A stretch of DNA of 64,000 bases from an uncultured Chloroflexota bacterium (GCA_900696625.1 CAADGU010000415.1:3875-67874), one strand, 5' to 3'; positions 19,176 through 28,023 are shown, numbered from the stretch's first letter. A program made the numbers and translations. Notes: generated by a model not told the origin, from the sequence alone.

Positions 19176-19396
19176 GTGGTCTCGTCCTCATCAGCCACAT
19201 AGACAAAGATGTCACCGGGCTGCACCTCCAGCAACTGGCAGATCCGGGCCAGGGTGTCCAGGTCTATACGCTTGCTGCTGCCATGATACAAGGCGTGGGC
19301 AGTGTTGTAGGCGATATTTGCACCTTCAGCCAGGGCACTGATGTGCATACGCCTGGCACCCAAGATTTCAGAGAGTTGGTTCTTGATGTATCCCAT
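19172..19396 (-). CDS. XRE/Cro-CI family HTH repressor
   Basis: LSEILGARRMHISALAEGANIAYNT...IDLDTLARICQLLEVQPGDI; GGAGG SD. Confidence 0.88.
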   Translation of the reverse strand: MGYIKNQLSEILGARRMHISALAEGANIAYNTAHALYHGSSKRIDLDTLARICQLLEVQPGDIFVYVADEDETT

Positions 19397-19417
19397 AATT
19401 GTTTGCCTCCGCACTCT

Positions 19418-19505
19418 AGGGTACTCGACGGCCGCCAGATTGTCAAGGAAGTTGCACAAAATATGCAACTTGTTATTGACAATAGTATGCAACTTGTTGT
19501 ATAAT
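19418..19505. promoter_or_regulatory. Divergent promoters with operator repeats
   Basis: Rightward TTGACA(19476)-18-TATAAT(19500); leftward TTGACA at 19446-19441; palindrome AAGTTGCA-N7-TGCAACTT (19449-19471); TATGCAACTTGTT twice. Confidence 0.75.
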
Positions 19506-19544
19506 TTCCTTAGTTAGTTGATACGACCTAAGGAGATACAGACA

Positions 19545-19748
19545 ATGAAAACCAACCAATTCACCCACCTGAGCGACGCCGAACTGAACGAAGCCCTCTT
19601 CGGCATTAGTGAGCAACCCATCTACCGCCCGACCGTCACCGCGACCACCACCGAGCAACCCCGCCCCTACTGGAACAACCCAACCGCGCGCAGCAAGGAC
19701 TGGCGCGAACTGAGCGACGCCGAACTCAACGACGCGCTCTTTGGCTAG
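19545..19748 (+). CDS. Small protein with duplicated LSDAELNxALFG motif
   Basis: AAGGAG SD; first gene after the consensus promoter. Confidence 0.7.
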   Translation: MKTNQFTHLSDAELNEALFGISEQPIYRPTVTATTTEQPRPYWNNPTARSKDWRELSDAELNDALFG

Positions 19749-19808
19749 ACCAACCACACCCCTGGCCGCCCCCACCGGCGGCCAGGGCATACCCCGGAGG
19801 AACCTGAG

Positions 19809-20330
19809 ATGAAACCCACCCTGACCCAATTAACCCACCTGTCCACCGGCGATTACTTCGCCACCTGGCTGCGCAGCGGTACGACCGTCGAGTCCCTGCA
19901 CGGCAGCGACGGCCGTTGCCTGGCCTCTTCCCTGGGGGCGAAGCTGCCCCGCCTGACAAAGGCAGAGATGGCGGCCGCCCACGCGGAGCGCCACCCGGCC
20001 TACGACCTGGCTGCCCAGGGCACGGCCGCCCGGCCAGAACTGGCGCGGCGGATGCAGGCAGCGGCCGACCTGGTCGCCGGTGGCCTGGTGACGCTGTACG
20101 AAGACGGCGCGGGCATTGTGGCCAGCCGCAGCCATGCCTGCGCCCACCAGGTGGACGACCACCACTGCGACTGCCAGGACTTTCAGTTTCGCGGTAGCTG
20201 GTGCGCCCATCGTATCGCCCGGCGCATGGCGCTGGCCTTGGGGCAGCCGGAACTGGTACGGCCGTTTGTGGCCCCGGCCGCCTTTCCCCAACCCCGTTTA
20301 TCCATTAGCGCGCCGTCACCGGCTGGCTAA
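19809..20330 (+). CDS. SWIM zinc-finger protein
   Basis: CDCQDFQFRGSWCAH (CxC..CxH). Confidence 0.75.
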   Translation: MKPTLTQLTHLSTGDYFATWLRSGTTVESLHGSDGRCLASSLGAKLPRLTKAEMAAAHAERHPAYDLAAQGTAARPELARRMQAAADLVAGGLVTLYEDGAGIVASRSHACAHQVDDHHCDCQDFQFRGSWCAHRIARRMALALGQPELVRPFVAPAAFPQPRLSISAPSPAG

Positions 20331-20393
20331 AAAAAAGGCCAGGCGATGCCTCACAATCGCCTGGCCAACACCCCCACGAGGAGATGTAAAACC

Positions 20394-20672
20394 ATGCACA
20401 ATTCTACTGAAAACCAGGACACAATCAACCAGGACACGGCCGATGATGCGCCTGATGGCGTGGCCGTCGCCGATGGCCCGGCCAGCCCACCCACCCCTCG
20501 GCACGGCCGTAACGCCGCCCAGGATGGCTGGACACGGGCGTACCGTCTGGCGGACCCCAACCACCCGGAGAACCGCCGCCGGCGCAACTTCTGGCGGGCG
20601 GCCAGTGACCCCAAGACACAGGCACGAGTGCGCAAGTTGGCCCTGTCTCGGCCGAATCCCCTGAATTTTTAA
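20394..20672 (+). CDS. Hypothetical phage protein
   Basis: GAGGAG SD; operon position. Confidence 0.5.
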   Translation: MHNSTENQDTINQDTADDAPDGVAVADGPASPPTPRHGRNAAQDGWTRAYRLADPNHPENRRRRNFWRAASDPKTQARVRKLALSRPNPLNF

Positions 20673-20703
20673 TCGTAATCCGTGAACCGTTAAGGAGAGC
20701 ATC

Positions 20704-20946
20704 ATGTTTGAGATTGACCAGGTATTAGAAGCGTTATTCACCTTCTCGCGGGATGCACGGCCGGAGGACTTCCAGGCCATCTTCGGCGCCCACGTGGGCC
20801 GCCATCTCTTCGAGAAATTTGCCGACCAGTATCAATTTGACCTGTTGGCTCTGTGGGGCAGCCTGGACACAGAAAGCCGGGCGCGGCTGGCCAGCCACCT
20901 GGTGGCGGCCGGGGCTGCCGGGAGGGTAGAGCCATGCAGCAAGTAA
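20704..20946 (+). CDS. Hypothetical phage protein
   Basis: AAGGAG SD. Confidence 0.6.
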   Translation: MFEIDQVLEALFTFSRDARPEDFQAIFGAHVGRHLFEKFADQYQFDLLALWGSLDTESRARLASHLVAAGAAGRVEPCSK

Positions 20947-21143
20947 AAGGCAATACCATTGACCTGCGCCACCCGACAAAGGATGTGCCGGCAACGGCCG
21001 TCATCCTGGACTTCTGGCGGCGCAACGGCCGGAATGCCGGCCTGAAGCTGGAATTCCCCGGCGGGCACACCTGCTGCCTGACCTATGCGGAGATTGCCGA
21101 CCTGCAAACAAACGAGGAGACAAACCATGACAGCCCCCAATAA
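20934..21143 (+). CDS. Hypothetical phage protein
   Basis: Overlaps neighbouring operon genes. Confidence 0.5.
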   Translation: MQQVKGNTIDLRHPTKDVPATAVILDFWRRNGRNAGLKLEFPGGHTCCLTYAEIADLQTNEETNHDSPQ

Positions 21144-21498
21144 CACCCCCCCAAGAAGTGTATCCGAACTATTCCCCAGCCCGTGGCTGCACGCCGATGA
21201 CCTGAACGGCCGCACGGTGACTGTGACCATCCGGCAGGTGACGGTGGAGAGCATCCGTAATCCCCAAACGCGCAAGAGCGAGTGGAAAGCGGTGCTGGAC
21301 TTCGGCCGCAGCAAGCGACTCATTGTCAACAAGACCCAATCGCTGGCCCTGGCCGACATCGCCAACAACGAAGAGTTTGCGGCCTGGTCTGGCCTAACCA
21401 TCAGCCTGAGTCCGGCCGTAGCCCATAACGGCAAGCCCACCATCGCCATTCAACGGCCAGCGCGCCCGGCCCTGGGCGAAGAAATAGACCATGATTAA
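21127..21498 (+). CDS. Conserved-looking phage protein (possible ssDNA-binding/OB-fold)
   Basis: LFPSPWLHADDLNGRTVTVTI...LIVNKTQ...WSG pattern. Confidence 0.55.
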   Translation: MTAPNNTPPRSVSELFPSPWLHADDLNGRTVTVTIRQVTVESIRNPQTRKSEWKAVLDFGRSKRLIVNKTQSLALADIANNEEFAAWSGLTISLSPAVAHNGKPTIAIQRPARPALGEEIDHD

Positions 21499-21532
21499 AC
21501 CATAAATGGCCTATTACCAGACCTGCCAGCAG

Positions 21533-21569
21533 CGGCCGTCCACTTTTGTGGACGGCCGTTTTTTGTTTT
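21533..21569 (+). terminator. Intrinsic terminator
   Basis: CGGCCGTCCAC-TTTT-GTGGACGGCCG-TTTTTT. Confidence 0.8.
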
Positions 21570-21669
21570 CCCAAGTGCGCTTTTTTAGCCCCGTTACCCT
21601 ATTCCAGTTCGGCCAAAACTGTGTAGATTTTCAGTGAGTACCACATAATGAACGTGGGCGAGGAGCTGC

Positions 21670-22263
21670 ATGGCCATCACCAAAAAATCGCCGCTGACGG
21701 GCAAACAGCTGGCGTTTATTGACTACTACTTCATTTGCGACTTCAACGGCACAGAGGCGGCCCGGCGCGCCGGGTACAAGGGCGACGATGCTACGTTGGC
21801 AGCCATCGCCTACGAAAACCTCAGAAAGCCTCATATTGCTGCCGAGATTCGCCGCCGCACCAAAACACGAGGGATGGATGCGGACGAAGTCATCGGCCGC
21901 CTGAGCGACCAGGCACGGGGTACGATGGGGCATTTCCTGAACTTCGAGGGCGGCCGCCAGGTGGAGATTGACCTGAACCAGGCGCGGGAATTGGGGGCGC
22001 TGGGCCTCATCAAGAAAATAAAAATGGTGGAGACCGTCTCCCCCAGTGGAGATGAGGAAATTGTACTCACCCGCCGCACCGAGATTGAGCTATACCCCTC
22101 CCAGCAAGCATTGGCCCACCTGGCGCGTATCCTGGGGCTGATGGGCGCCAAGGGGACTGAGGAAGACCCGCTGCACGTGGAGATTCCGGGCCTGAACGCC
22201 GCCCTCACCCGCATCTACGGCCGTGACCATGACAACGACGCCAACGCCAACGGCCGAACTTGA
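21670..22263 (+). CDS. terS: Terminase small subunit
   Basis: LTGKQLAFIDYY..FNGTEAARRAGY...ENLRKPHI. Confidence 0.9.
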   Translation: MAITKKSPLTGKQLAFIDYYFICDFNGTEAARRAGYKGDDATLAAIAYENLRKPHIAAEIRRRTKTRGMDADEVIGRLSDQARGTMGHFLNFEGGRQVEIDLNQARELGALGLIKKIKMVETVSPSGDEEIVLTRRTEIELYPSQQALAHLARILGLMGAKGTEEDPLHVEIPGLNAALTRIYGRDHDNDANANGRT

Positions 22264-23635
22264 TCGCCTCCTGTTGGCGGCAAAAACGGCCGGGGTGCAG
22301 CGGGAGCAAATCGCCCGCTTCGTCCGCGCCGGGTATGTGGCTCAGCCTAAGCAACTGGAATTCCACGCTGCCTGCCGCCTGGCCGACCGGCCGGGTGGCC
22401 CGGTCCTGATTGGCTACGGCGGCGCACGCGGACCAGGTAAGTCTCACGCCAGCATTGTGCAGGCGGCCGTTGACGATTGCCAGCGGGTACCCGGCCTCAA
22501 GGTGCTGTTCCTGCGCAAGGTGGGTAAGGCGGCCCGCGAATCATTCAACGACCTGCGGCAACGGACGCTGCGCTACCTGCCCCACGCTTACAACGCCGGC
22601 AGCGGCGCCCTGTCCTTCCCCAACGGCTCCCTTATCGTTATTGGCAACTTCTACACTGAGAAGGACATTGACAAATATCTGGGCATCGAATACGACCTGA
22701 TCATCATCGAGGAAGCCACCCAACTAAGTGAAGAAAAGTTTAAGATGCTGCGGGGCAGCCTGCGCACCAGTAAACCCAACTGGCGGCCGCGCATGTACCT
22801 GACCACCAACCCCGGCGGCATCGGCCACCAGTGGTTCAAGCGGATGTTCGTGCTGCCCTGGCGCAGCGGCCGCCAGACCGAGACACGCTTCATCCAGGGC
22901 ACCTATCGAGACAACAGTTTTCTGAATCAGGAGTATCGAGAGTATCTGGAGGGGCTGACGGGTGTATTAGGCCGCATGTGGCGCGATGGCGATTGGGACA
23001 TTGGCGCCGGCACCTTTTTTGTCAATTGGGACTACGACCAGCATGTTGTGGCCCCATTCCGTGTGCCCGATCACTGGCCGGTCTGGGCCAGCCTGGATTA
23101 TGGTTTCGGCCATCCTACGGCCGTCTACCTGCACACACGAAATGATGGCACGGTCTGGACGATTGCCGAGCACGTACAGGCGCGGTGGCTGGCGCCGCAG
23201 CACGCGGCCGCCATTCACGAGATGGCGCGGCGCTGCGGCCGGCGGGTGGAAGATTTCGAGTCGTTTGTGGCCGGGCATGATGTCTTCGCCGAGCGGGGCA
23301 ACAGCGACGGCATGACGATTGCTGAGCAATACGCAGCCGAAGGCATCAAGCTGACCCCGGCCAACATCGGCCGTATCTCCGGCGCGGCCGAAATGCTGCG
23401 GCGCATGGGCGACCCGGCGGCCGGCATCGCCCCCACCTGGCGCATTTTCGACACCTGTGTGCAGTTGATCGAATGCCTACCCAATTTACAGACGGATCCC
23501 AACCGGTCAGAGGACGTGCTGAAGGTGGACGCCAACGAGGAGGGGTTGGGTGGCGACGATCCCTATGACAGCGCCCGCTATGGTTTGATGGAGGCGCGGC
23601 CGCCGTTTGCCGGTATGTTTGTGGTGCGGCGGTAG
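22223..23635 (+). CDS. terL: Terminase large subunit (PBSX-like)
   Basis: GGARGPGKS Walker A, IIIEEA Walker B, TTNPGG, LDYG, DDPYDSARY. Confidence 0.95.
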   Translation: MTMTTTPTPTAELDRLLLAAKTAGVQREQIARFVRAGYVAQPKQLEFHAACRLADRPGGPVLIGYGGARGPGKSHASIVQAAVDDCQRVPGLKVLFLRKVGKAARESFNDLRQRTLRYLPHAYNAGSGALSFPNGSLIVIGNFYTEKDIDKYLGIEYDLIIIEEATQLSEEKFKMLRGSLRTSKPNWRPRMYLTTNPGGIGHQWFKRMFVLPWRSGRQTETRFIQGTYRDNSFLNQEYREYLEGLTGVLGRMWRDGDWDIGAGTFFVNWDYDQHVVAPFRVPDHWPVWASLDYGFGHPTAVYLHTRNDGTVWTIAEHVQARWLAPQHAAAIHEMARRCGRRVEDFESFVAGHDVFAERGNSDGMTIAEQYAAEGIKLTPANIGRISGAAEMLRRMGDPAAGIAPTWRIFDTCVQLIECLPNLQTDPNRSEDVLKVDANEEGLGGDDPYDSARYGLMEARPPFAGMFVVRR

Positions 23636-23880
23636 ACGGCTGTGCCAAACGGCCGTGTAGCCGCTCTTGCAAACACGGCCGTCTTTCTGCTAAACTGTGG
23701 CCACAGCCACCTGGCTGCCTCCCCAACTGGCACAGGAAACGGCCGCGTGAACCACTGCATCACGCGGCCGTTTCGGTTTTGGTGCCACCGGCGCACCCAC
23801 GTCGCCGTGCGGGTGTCACCATTTTCCTATTTCCCCACGCCCCGGCCGGGATACAATACACACATCATTTCTTTCTCGCA

Positions 23881-23955
23881 GAGCGCACCGACGCCTCCGG
23901 GCCAGCGACCGCCAGACGGCGCCCAGGTTGGTTTGGAGGCGTTTTGTGTTTGTTT
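23881..23955 (+). promoter_or_regulatory. Structured RNA leader element, copy 1
   Basis: GAGCGCACCGACGCC...GACCGCCAGACGG...GGAGGCGT-TTTGTGTTTGTTT; 16-bp stem (with G-U pairs) hides the MTase SD. Confidence 0.75.
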
Positions 23956-24800
23956 ATCGAATTCAGCGAGCAGATTGCCTGACAGCGGCGGCCGATTACC
24001 CAGACGGCCACTTCCAGCTGCTGCTTACCTCTACCCCCTACCCTGGACAACGATCCTTTGATCTGAGCGTTCCGGCCTACTTTGATTGGTGGCGGCCGCG
24101 CCTGGAGGCATTGGCACCGCTGCTGCACCCCGTCACCGGCGTCCTGGTGCAGGTCATCAAGTTCCGGCGCGCCGGCGGCTGGTTCGACCGCCGCATCTTT
24201 GAGCTATTTGACCTGTACACGGCCGTTGGCCTGCACCCCATTGACCTCTACATCTGGGACAAACTGAATAGCCCCCCCTCCGGCAACCACGGGCGGCACG
24301 ACCGAGATGAATACGAATTTTGCTTTGCCTTGGCCAAGGGCGAGGGCTACACCAAAAACCAGGCCAGACGGCCGTACAGCCCTAAATCTATCACCGGCGA
24401 CCGCGCCAAAACGCGGCAGCCGGATGTGGCCGGCAGCCACGCCAACGGCCACCGGCGGCTGCACCCAGCCGGGGCGCTGCAAGGCAACGTCATCCGCGCC
24501 AGCAGCAGCGGCGACCAGAACCGGCCGCGTGTCAGAGGTGGCTCATTCCCGCGGCGGCTGGCCGCACGTTTCATCGAGACGTTCAGCAATCCCGGCGACT
24601 GGGTGCTGGATCCGTGCTGTGGCGCGGGTACCACGCTGGTGGAAGCCATCCGCCTGGGCCGTCCGGCCGTGGGCATGGATATTGATGGCACGGCCGTCAG
24701 CACGGCCGCCGATTGGGCACAGGCAGCAACGGCAGCGCGTTTTGGGGTGTGGCAGGACTATAGTACGGCCGCGCCTGGCACCGTGTCAGAAGCGGCGTAA
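23946..24800 (+). CDS. DNA amino-methyltransferase (N4-C/N6-A, beta motif order)
   Basis: N-terminal TSTPY catalytic-like motif, C-terminal VLDPCCGAGTT SAM motif; GTG start 6 nt after GGAGG. Confidence 0.85.
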   Translation: MFVYRIQRADCLTAAADYPDGHFQLLLTSTPYPGQRSFDLSVPAYFDWWRPRLEALAPLLHPVTGVLVQVIKFRRAGGWFDRRIFELFDLYTAVGLHPIDLYIWDKLNSPPSGNHGRHDRDEYEFCFALAKGEGYTKNQARRPYSPKSITGDRAKTRQPDVAGSHANGHRRLHPAGALQGNVIRASSSGDQNRPRVRGGSFPRRLAARFIETFSNPGDWVLDPCCGAGTTLVEAIRLGRPAVGMDIDGTAVSTAADWAQAATAARFGVWQDYSTAAPGTVSEAA

Positions 24801-24876
24801 GCAAAAAGAGGGACTATTGACCCCTAGAACCAGCCTCCGGGAGCCGTAACATAGACCCGGAAGAACTAAATAGCCT

Positions 24877-24951
24877 GAGCGCATTGACGCCTCACCGGTG
24901 CCTGCGAGCCGCCAGACGGCCGTACCGCCACCAGTGAGGCGTTTTTTGTTT
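24877..24951 (+). promoter_or_regulatory. Structured RNA leader element, copy 2
   Basis: GAGCGCATTGACGCCTCAC...GAGCCGCCAGACGGCC...GTGAGGCGT-TTTTTGTTT-ATG. Confidence 0.78.
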
Positions 24952-25335
24952 ATGAATCAGACACAAGCCCAACCTATCGCGGATCCGCCAGTCGCCCACA
25001 CGGAGCTGGTTGACGCCCTGGCCGCGACCGCGCTGAGCCTGTACCGGGCGGCAATGGTAGCCAATGCCGGGGAGTTCGTTTCGTCGCTGCGCCACGACCT
25101 GCTGCACCCACGGCCCGGTGACATTGTGCTGGATGTGCATGATTGGTGGCGGCCGGCGGATGAGCGCCTGGGGGTACTGGAACATATCATGCGCCAGGCC
25201 GACGGCGGCGGCTGCGTAGCTTTTGTGCGCCGGTTAAACGGCCGTTACGAGACCTGGAAACACGCCCACCTGGTCAAGGTCAACACGCAGCCATTTAATC
25301 TCCCCACCACCCAGACCCAGGAGCGCGTAGCATGA
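24952..25335 (+). CDS. Hypothetical phage protein
   Basis: ATG directly after element copy 2. Confidence 0.6.
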   Translation: MNQTQAQPIADPPVAHTELVDALAATALSLYRAAMVANAGEFVSSLRHDLLHPRPGDIVLDVHDWWRPADERLGVLEHIMRQADGGGCVAFVRRLNGRYETWKHAHLVKVNTQPFNLPTTQTQERVA

Positions 25336-25658
25336 TGCCAGACCACCAGGTCACACTCGCCTTGCGGCCGGATGAACAGCCACACCTGTACCGGCAGCGG
25401 CCGTCGCTGCCCACCGATGGCTCGCTCTACGCCTTAATGCTGCGCAGCACGCCAGCGTTCCCTGGCCAGGTCGCGGGCGGCCAGTCCGCCGGCGATAGTC
25501 GCAGCCTCCTCCTGATTTGCGCCCATTACGGCCGGCACGGATGGGCATGGATTACCCTGGAAGCGAACACCCGGCAGCTTCTGGAGAACACGATGCGCCA
25601 GCAACGGGCGGTAATAGACCGCTGGTATTACATGGAGCTAGTACGAGGTATTCAATGA
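25332..25658 (+). CDS. Hypothetical phage protein
   Basis: ATGA coupling; AGGAG SD. Confidence 0.55.
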   Translation: MMPDHQVTLALRPDEQPHLYRQRPSLPTDGSLYALMLRSTPAFPGQVAGGQSAGDSRSLLLICAHYGRHGWAWITLEANTRQLLENTMRQQRAVIDRWYYMELVRGIQ

Positions 25659-25939
25659 ACGTCATTCCCACTATCCATCACCTGATCGCTCTCAAGTTGT
25701 GGCTCAAGAAACTCCAGGAAGGGCAAAGCGGCCGTGCCGCCCGGCGCTTGCTTATTGTGCGCGGCCAGCGGCAGGATGACCTCGGCCGACCCATTACCCT
25801 GGTTGCCAGTCCCTACGCCCACAATTTCTACCACCCACGGCCGCACGCGCCGCGACCGCGCAAACCGGCGCCAGCATTCCATGCCAATCTGGTGGCGCGG
25901 CAGAAGAAGGCGCGGCCGTATCCCGGAGACACCGTATGA
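25655..25939 (+). CDS. Hypothetical basic phage protein
   Basis: ATGA coupling at both ends. Confidence 0.5.
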   Translation: MNVIPTIHHLIALKLWLKKLQEGQSGRAARRLLIVRGQRQDDLGRPITLVASPYAHNFYHPRPHAPRPRKPAPAFHANLVARQKKARPYPGDTV

Positions 25940-26187
25940 CACCCGTCAGTTTCCACCCCCAAGAGCAGTTGTTCACCTCGACAGACCCCAACGTCGGCGA
26001 CCTGCCCACCATCCGGGTCAAGTATGCCGACGGCCGCCGGGGCATCGTCTCTTGCTGGCGGCCGTCGTTCAGGGAACGGGTACGCATACTGACGGGACGG
26101 CCGGTTTACCTTTGCGTCCTGGGTTGGCTGCATCCGCCGGTGCTGCTGTCTACCGACGCTCACGAAGTGGGGGACAAGCCATCATGA
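25936..26187 (+). CDS. Hypothetical phage protein
   Basis: SCWRPSFRER..ILTGRPVYL..HPPV; coupled to portal. Confidence 0.6.
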   Translation: MTPVSFHPQEQLFTSTDPNVGDLPTIRVKYADGRRGIVSCWRPSFRERVRILTGRPVYLCVLGWLHPPVLLSTDAHEVGDKPS

Positions 26188-27686
26188 TCCTACCTGACCA
26201 GGTAAACCTGGCTGAGATTGCCTATTTGCAGCATCGGGCCGAAGAGGAGAAAGAAATCCAGGCCCGTATCGTCCGGGCGCGGGAGCTGGATGAGGGTGAC
26301 TTCGACGACACGCTGGCGACGCAGACTGCCAAATATCTTGTCGGGGGCACGGCCGATGAGTTAGAGGGTGTGAACTTGATGTCCATCGTGTTGCGCACCG
26401 TGCTGCGTCGCATTGATGTAAAGGGTATTGCCACCACCGACAACGCCCTGACCATCTGGCTGGAACATATCTGGGACGCCAACAGCATGGCCATCAAGCA
26501 GTCAACTGTCCATCGCCTGGCGGAGCGGGATGGTGAGGCGTTTGTGATTGTGGACTATGACATGGGCACGGAACGGCCGTGGCAACCAGATGGCCCGCGG
26601 GGAATGCCCACTATTTACATTCATCAACGGTACACGGACCCAGAGGTAGGCGGTGACGGCGATGGCTGCCGGGCATTTTATCGCAACGACGACCCCAACC
26701 AGCCCCTGGAAATGGTCTCGAAACGATGGACGGAGACTATCTGGGAAAACAAAAAGGCCACCACCCGCCAGCGCATGACACTATACATTGCCAGACAAAA
26801 AAACGTGGCCGCGCGCATTGAGAAGTATGTCTGGGGCATCTCTGGGGCCTGGGAGCCATACACAGAGACCACCATCAACCAGGCGGGGGCGCTGGTAGAG
26901 GAAACATGGCCGATCTGGTGGACAGATGACCGCACGGCCAACGGCCGTTCGCTGCCGCTCGCCGTTATTCACTTCCGCAACGAGGAAATGGAGCCACTGA
27001 CTCGCCGCCTCTGGGGGCTGCAAAATGGCATGGATCATGCCTGGTCTGCCTTGTTGGGTGGGCTAACACAAACGGCATTTCGCACACTGTTTGTATTGGG
27101 ATTCTTCCCCACCCTCGATGGCAAAGCGCCGGCGGCCGATGGCTCCAACCTGATCCCGGTCGCACCGGGCACCATCATCGGCTCGGCCGAAAAGGGCGCC
27201 GACAAGGCGTCTGTCACCGTTATCGAACCGGCCGATCTCTCCTCCGTGTTGTCCACCATGGATAAGATGGCCATCTATTGTGCGTTCGTGGCGGGGCTGC
27301 CCATCGGAAATTTCATGGTCTCCCATCAGGTGATGGCGGCCGGGACATTGCAGCAGGGCGAAAGCGACCTGCTGGCCCACGTCAACGCCCTGGTGCGGCT
27401 GTGGGGCGCGTCCTGGAACCAGTCACTCAGCGTGGCGCGGCGGTTGGACAATCTGTACGGCCGGGCCAGCCACAATGAAGCGGTCAAAATTGAAACGATA
27501 TTTGCACCCGCCGAAGTGGCCGATATTTCCAGCCGTAATGAGGAGGCCAAAGCGCAGGCGGAGACAGGGGTACCGGACGAGGTCATCTGGCGCACGGTTT
27601 GGGGGTTCAGCGAGGAACAGGTGCAGGAGATGAAGCGTATTGTGGCTAATGTCAATGTCCCGGTTGCCTCACCGGGCCAGGAATAG
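26184..27686 (+). CDS. Portal protein (SPP1 gp6-like)
   Basis: 500 aa between terminase and scaffold; IWDAN...RDGEAFVIV, VIHFRN, WGFSEEQV. Confidence 0.8.
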   Translation: MILPDQVNLAEIAYLQHRAEEEKEIQARIVRARELDEGDFDDTLATQTAKYLVGGTADELEGVNLMSIVLRTVLRRIDVKGIATTDNALTIWLEHIWDANSMAIKQSTVHRLAERDGEAFVIVDYDMGTERPWQPDGPRGMPTIYIHQRYTDPEVGGDGDGCRAFYRNDDPNQPLEMVSKRWTETIWENKKATTRQRMTLYIARQKNVAARIEKYVWGISGAWEPYTETTINQAGALVEETWPIWWTDDRTANGRSLPLAVIHFRNEEMEPLTRRLWGLQNGMDHAWSALLGGLTQTAFRTLFVLGFFPTLDGKAPAADGSNLIPVAPGTIIGSAEKGADKASVTVIEPADLSSVLSTMDKMAIYCAFVAGLPIGNFMVSHQVMAAGTLQQGESDLLAHVNALVRLWGASWNQSLSVARRLDNLYGRASHNEAVKIETIFAPAEVADISSRNEEAKAQAETGVPDEVIWRTVWGFSEEQVQEMKRIVANVNVPVASPGQE

Positions 27687-27691
27687 GAGCT

Positions 27692-27898
27692 ATGGCATAC
27701 AAGGAGATCAGGGCAAGGGGTAACGGCCGTTTACTGGGCGAGTTCGACCCAGACCGCGACCTGTTTCGGATAAAGGTCAAGGGCGAGTTTTACGTCATTG
27801 ACCTGGAAGAGGAGCGCGGCAGCGTCAGGAATCCGGTTGGCACACCCGGCCAGACCGGAATACTGCCATCGCTGCATGAGGTTCCGTCAGAAAATTAG
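27692..27898 (+). CDS. Putative Com-like RNA-binding regulator lacking zinc cysteines
   Basis: KEIRARGNGRLLGEFD...FRIKVKG parallels Com-family IRCxxCxKLL...IEIxC; AGGAG SD; directly upstream of element copy 3. Confidence 0.55.
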   Translation: MAYKEIRARGNGRLLGEFDPDRDLFRIKVKGEFYVIDLEEERGSVRNPVGTPGQTGILPSLHEVPSEN

Positions 27899-27958
27899 CA
27901 CCAGGTAGCTATTCCAGCGGCCGGCAACGGCCGCTACCATGTCACCAACCGAATAATT

Positions 27959-28023
27959 GAGCGCATTGACGCCCTGGGCACAGAGCCGCCAGACGGCCGT
28001 GTGTCGAGGGCGTTTATTTGTTT
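27959..28023 (+). promoter_or_regulatory. Structured RNA leader element, copy 3 (attenuator-like)
   Basis: GAGCGCATTGACGCCCT-GGGCACA-GAGCCGCCAGACGGCC-GTGTGTC-GAGGGCGT-TTATTTGTTT. Confidence 0.78.

Noticed and set aside
23642..24061. ORFs between terL and the MTase
   Set aside because: Poor start signals; region is better explained as non-coding promoter and RNA leader
25734..26183. N-terminal extension of the portal ORF
   Set aside because: Overlaps two coupled small genes; ATG at 26184 is coupled to the upstream stop
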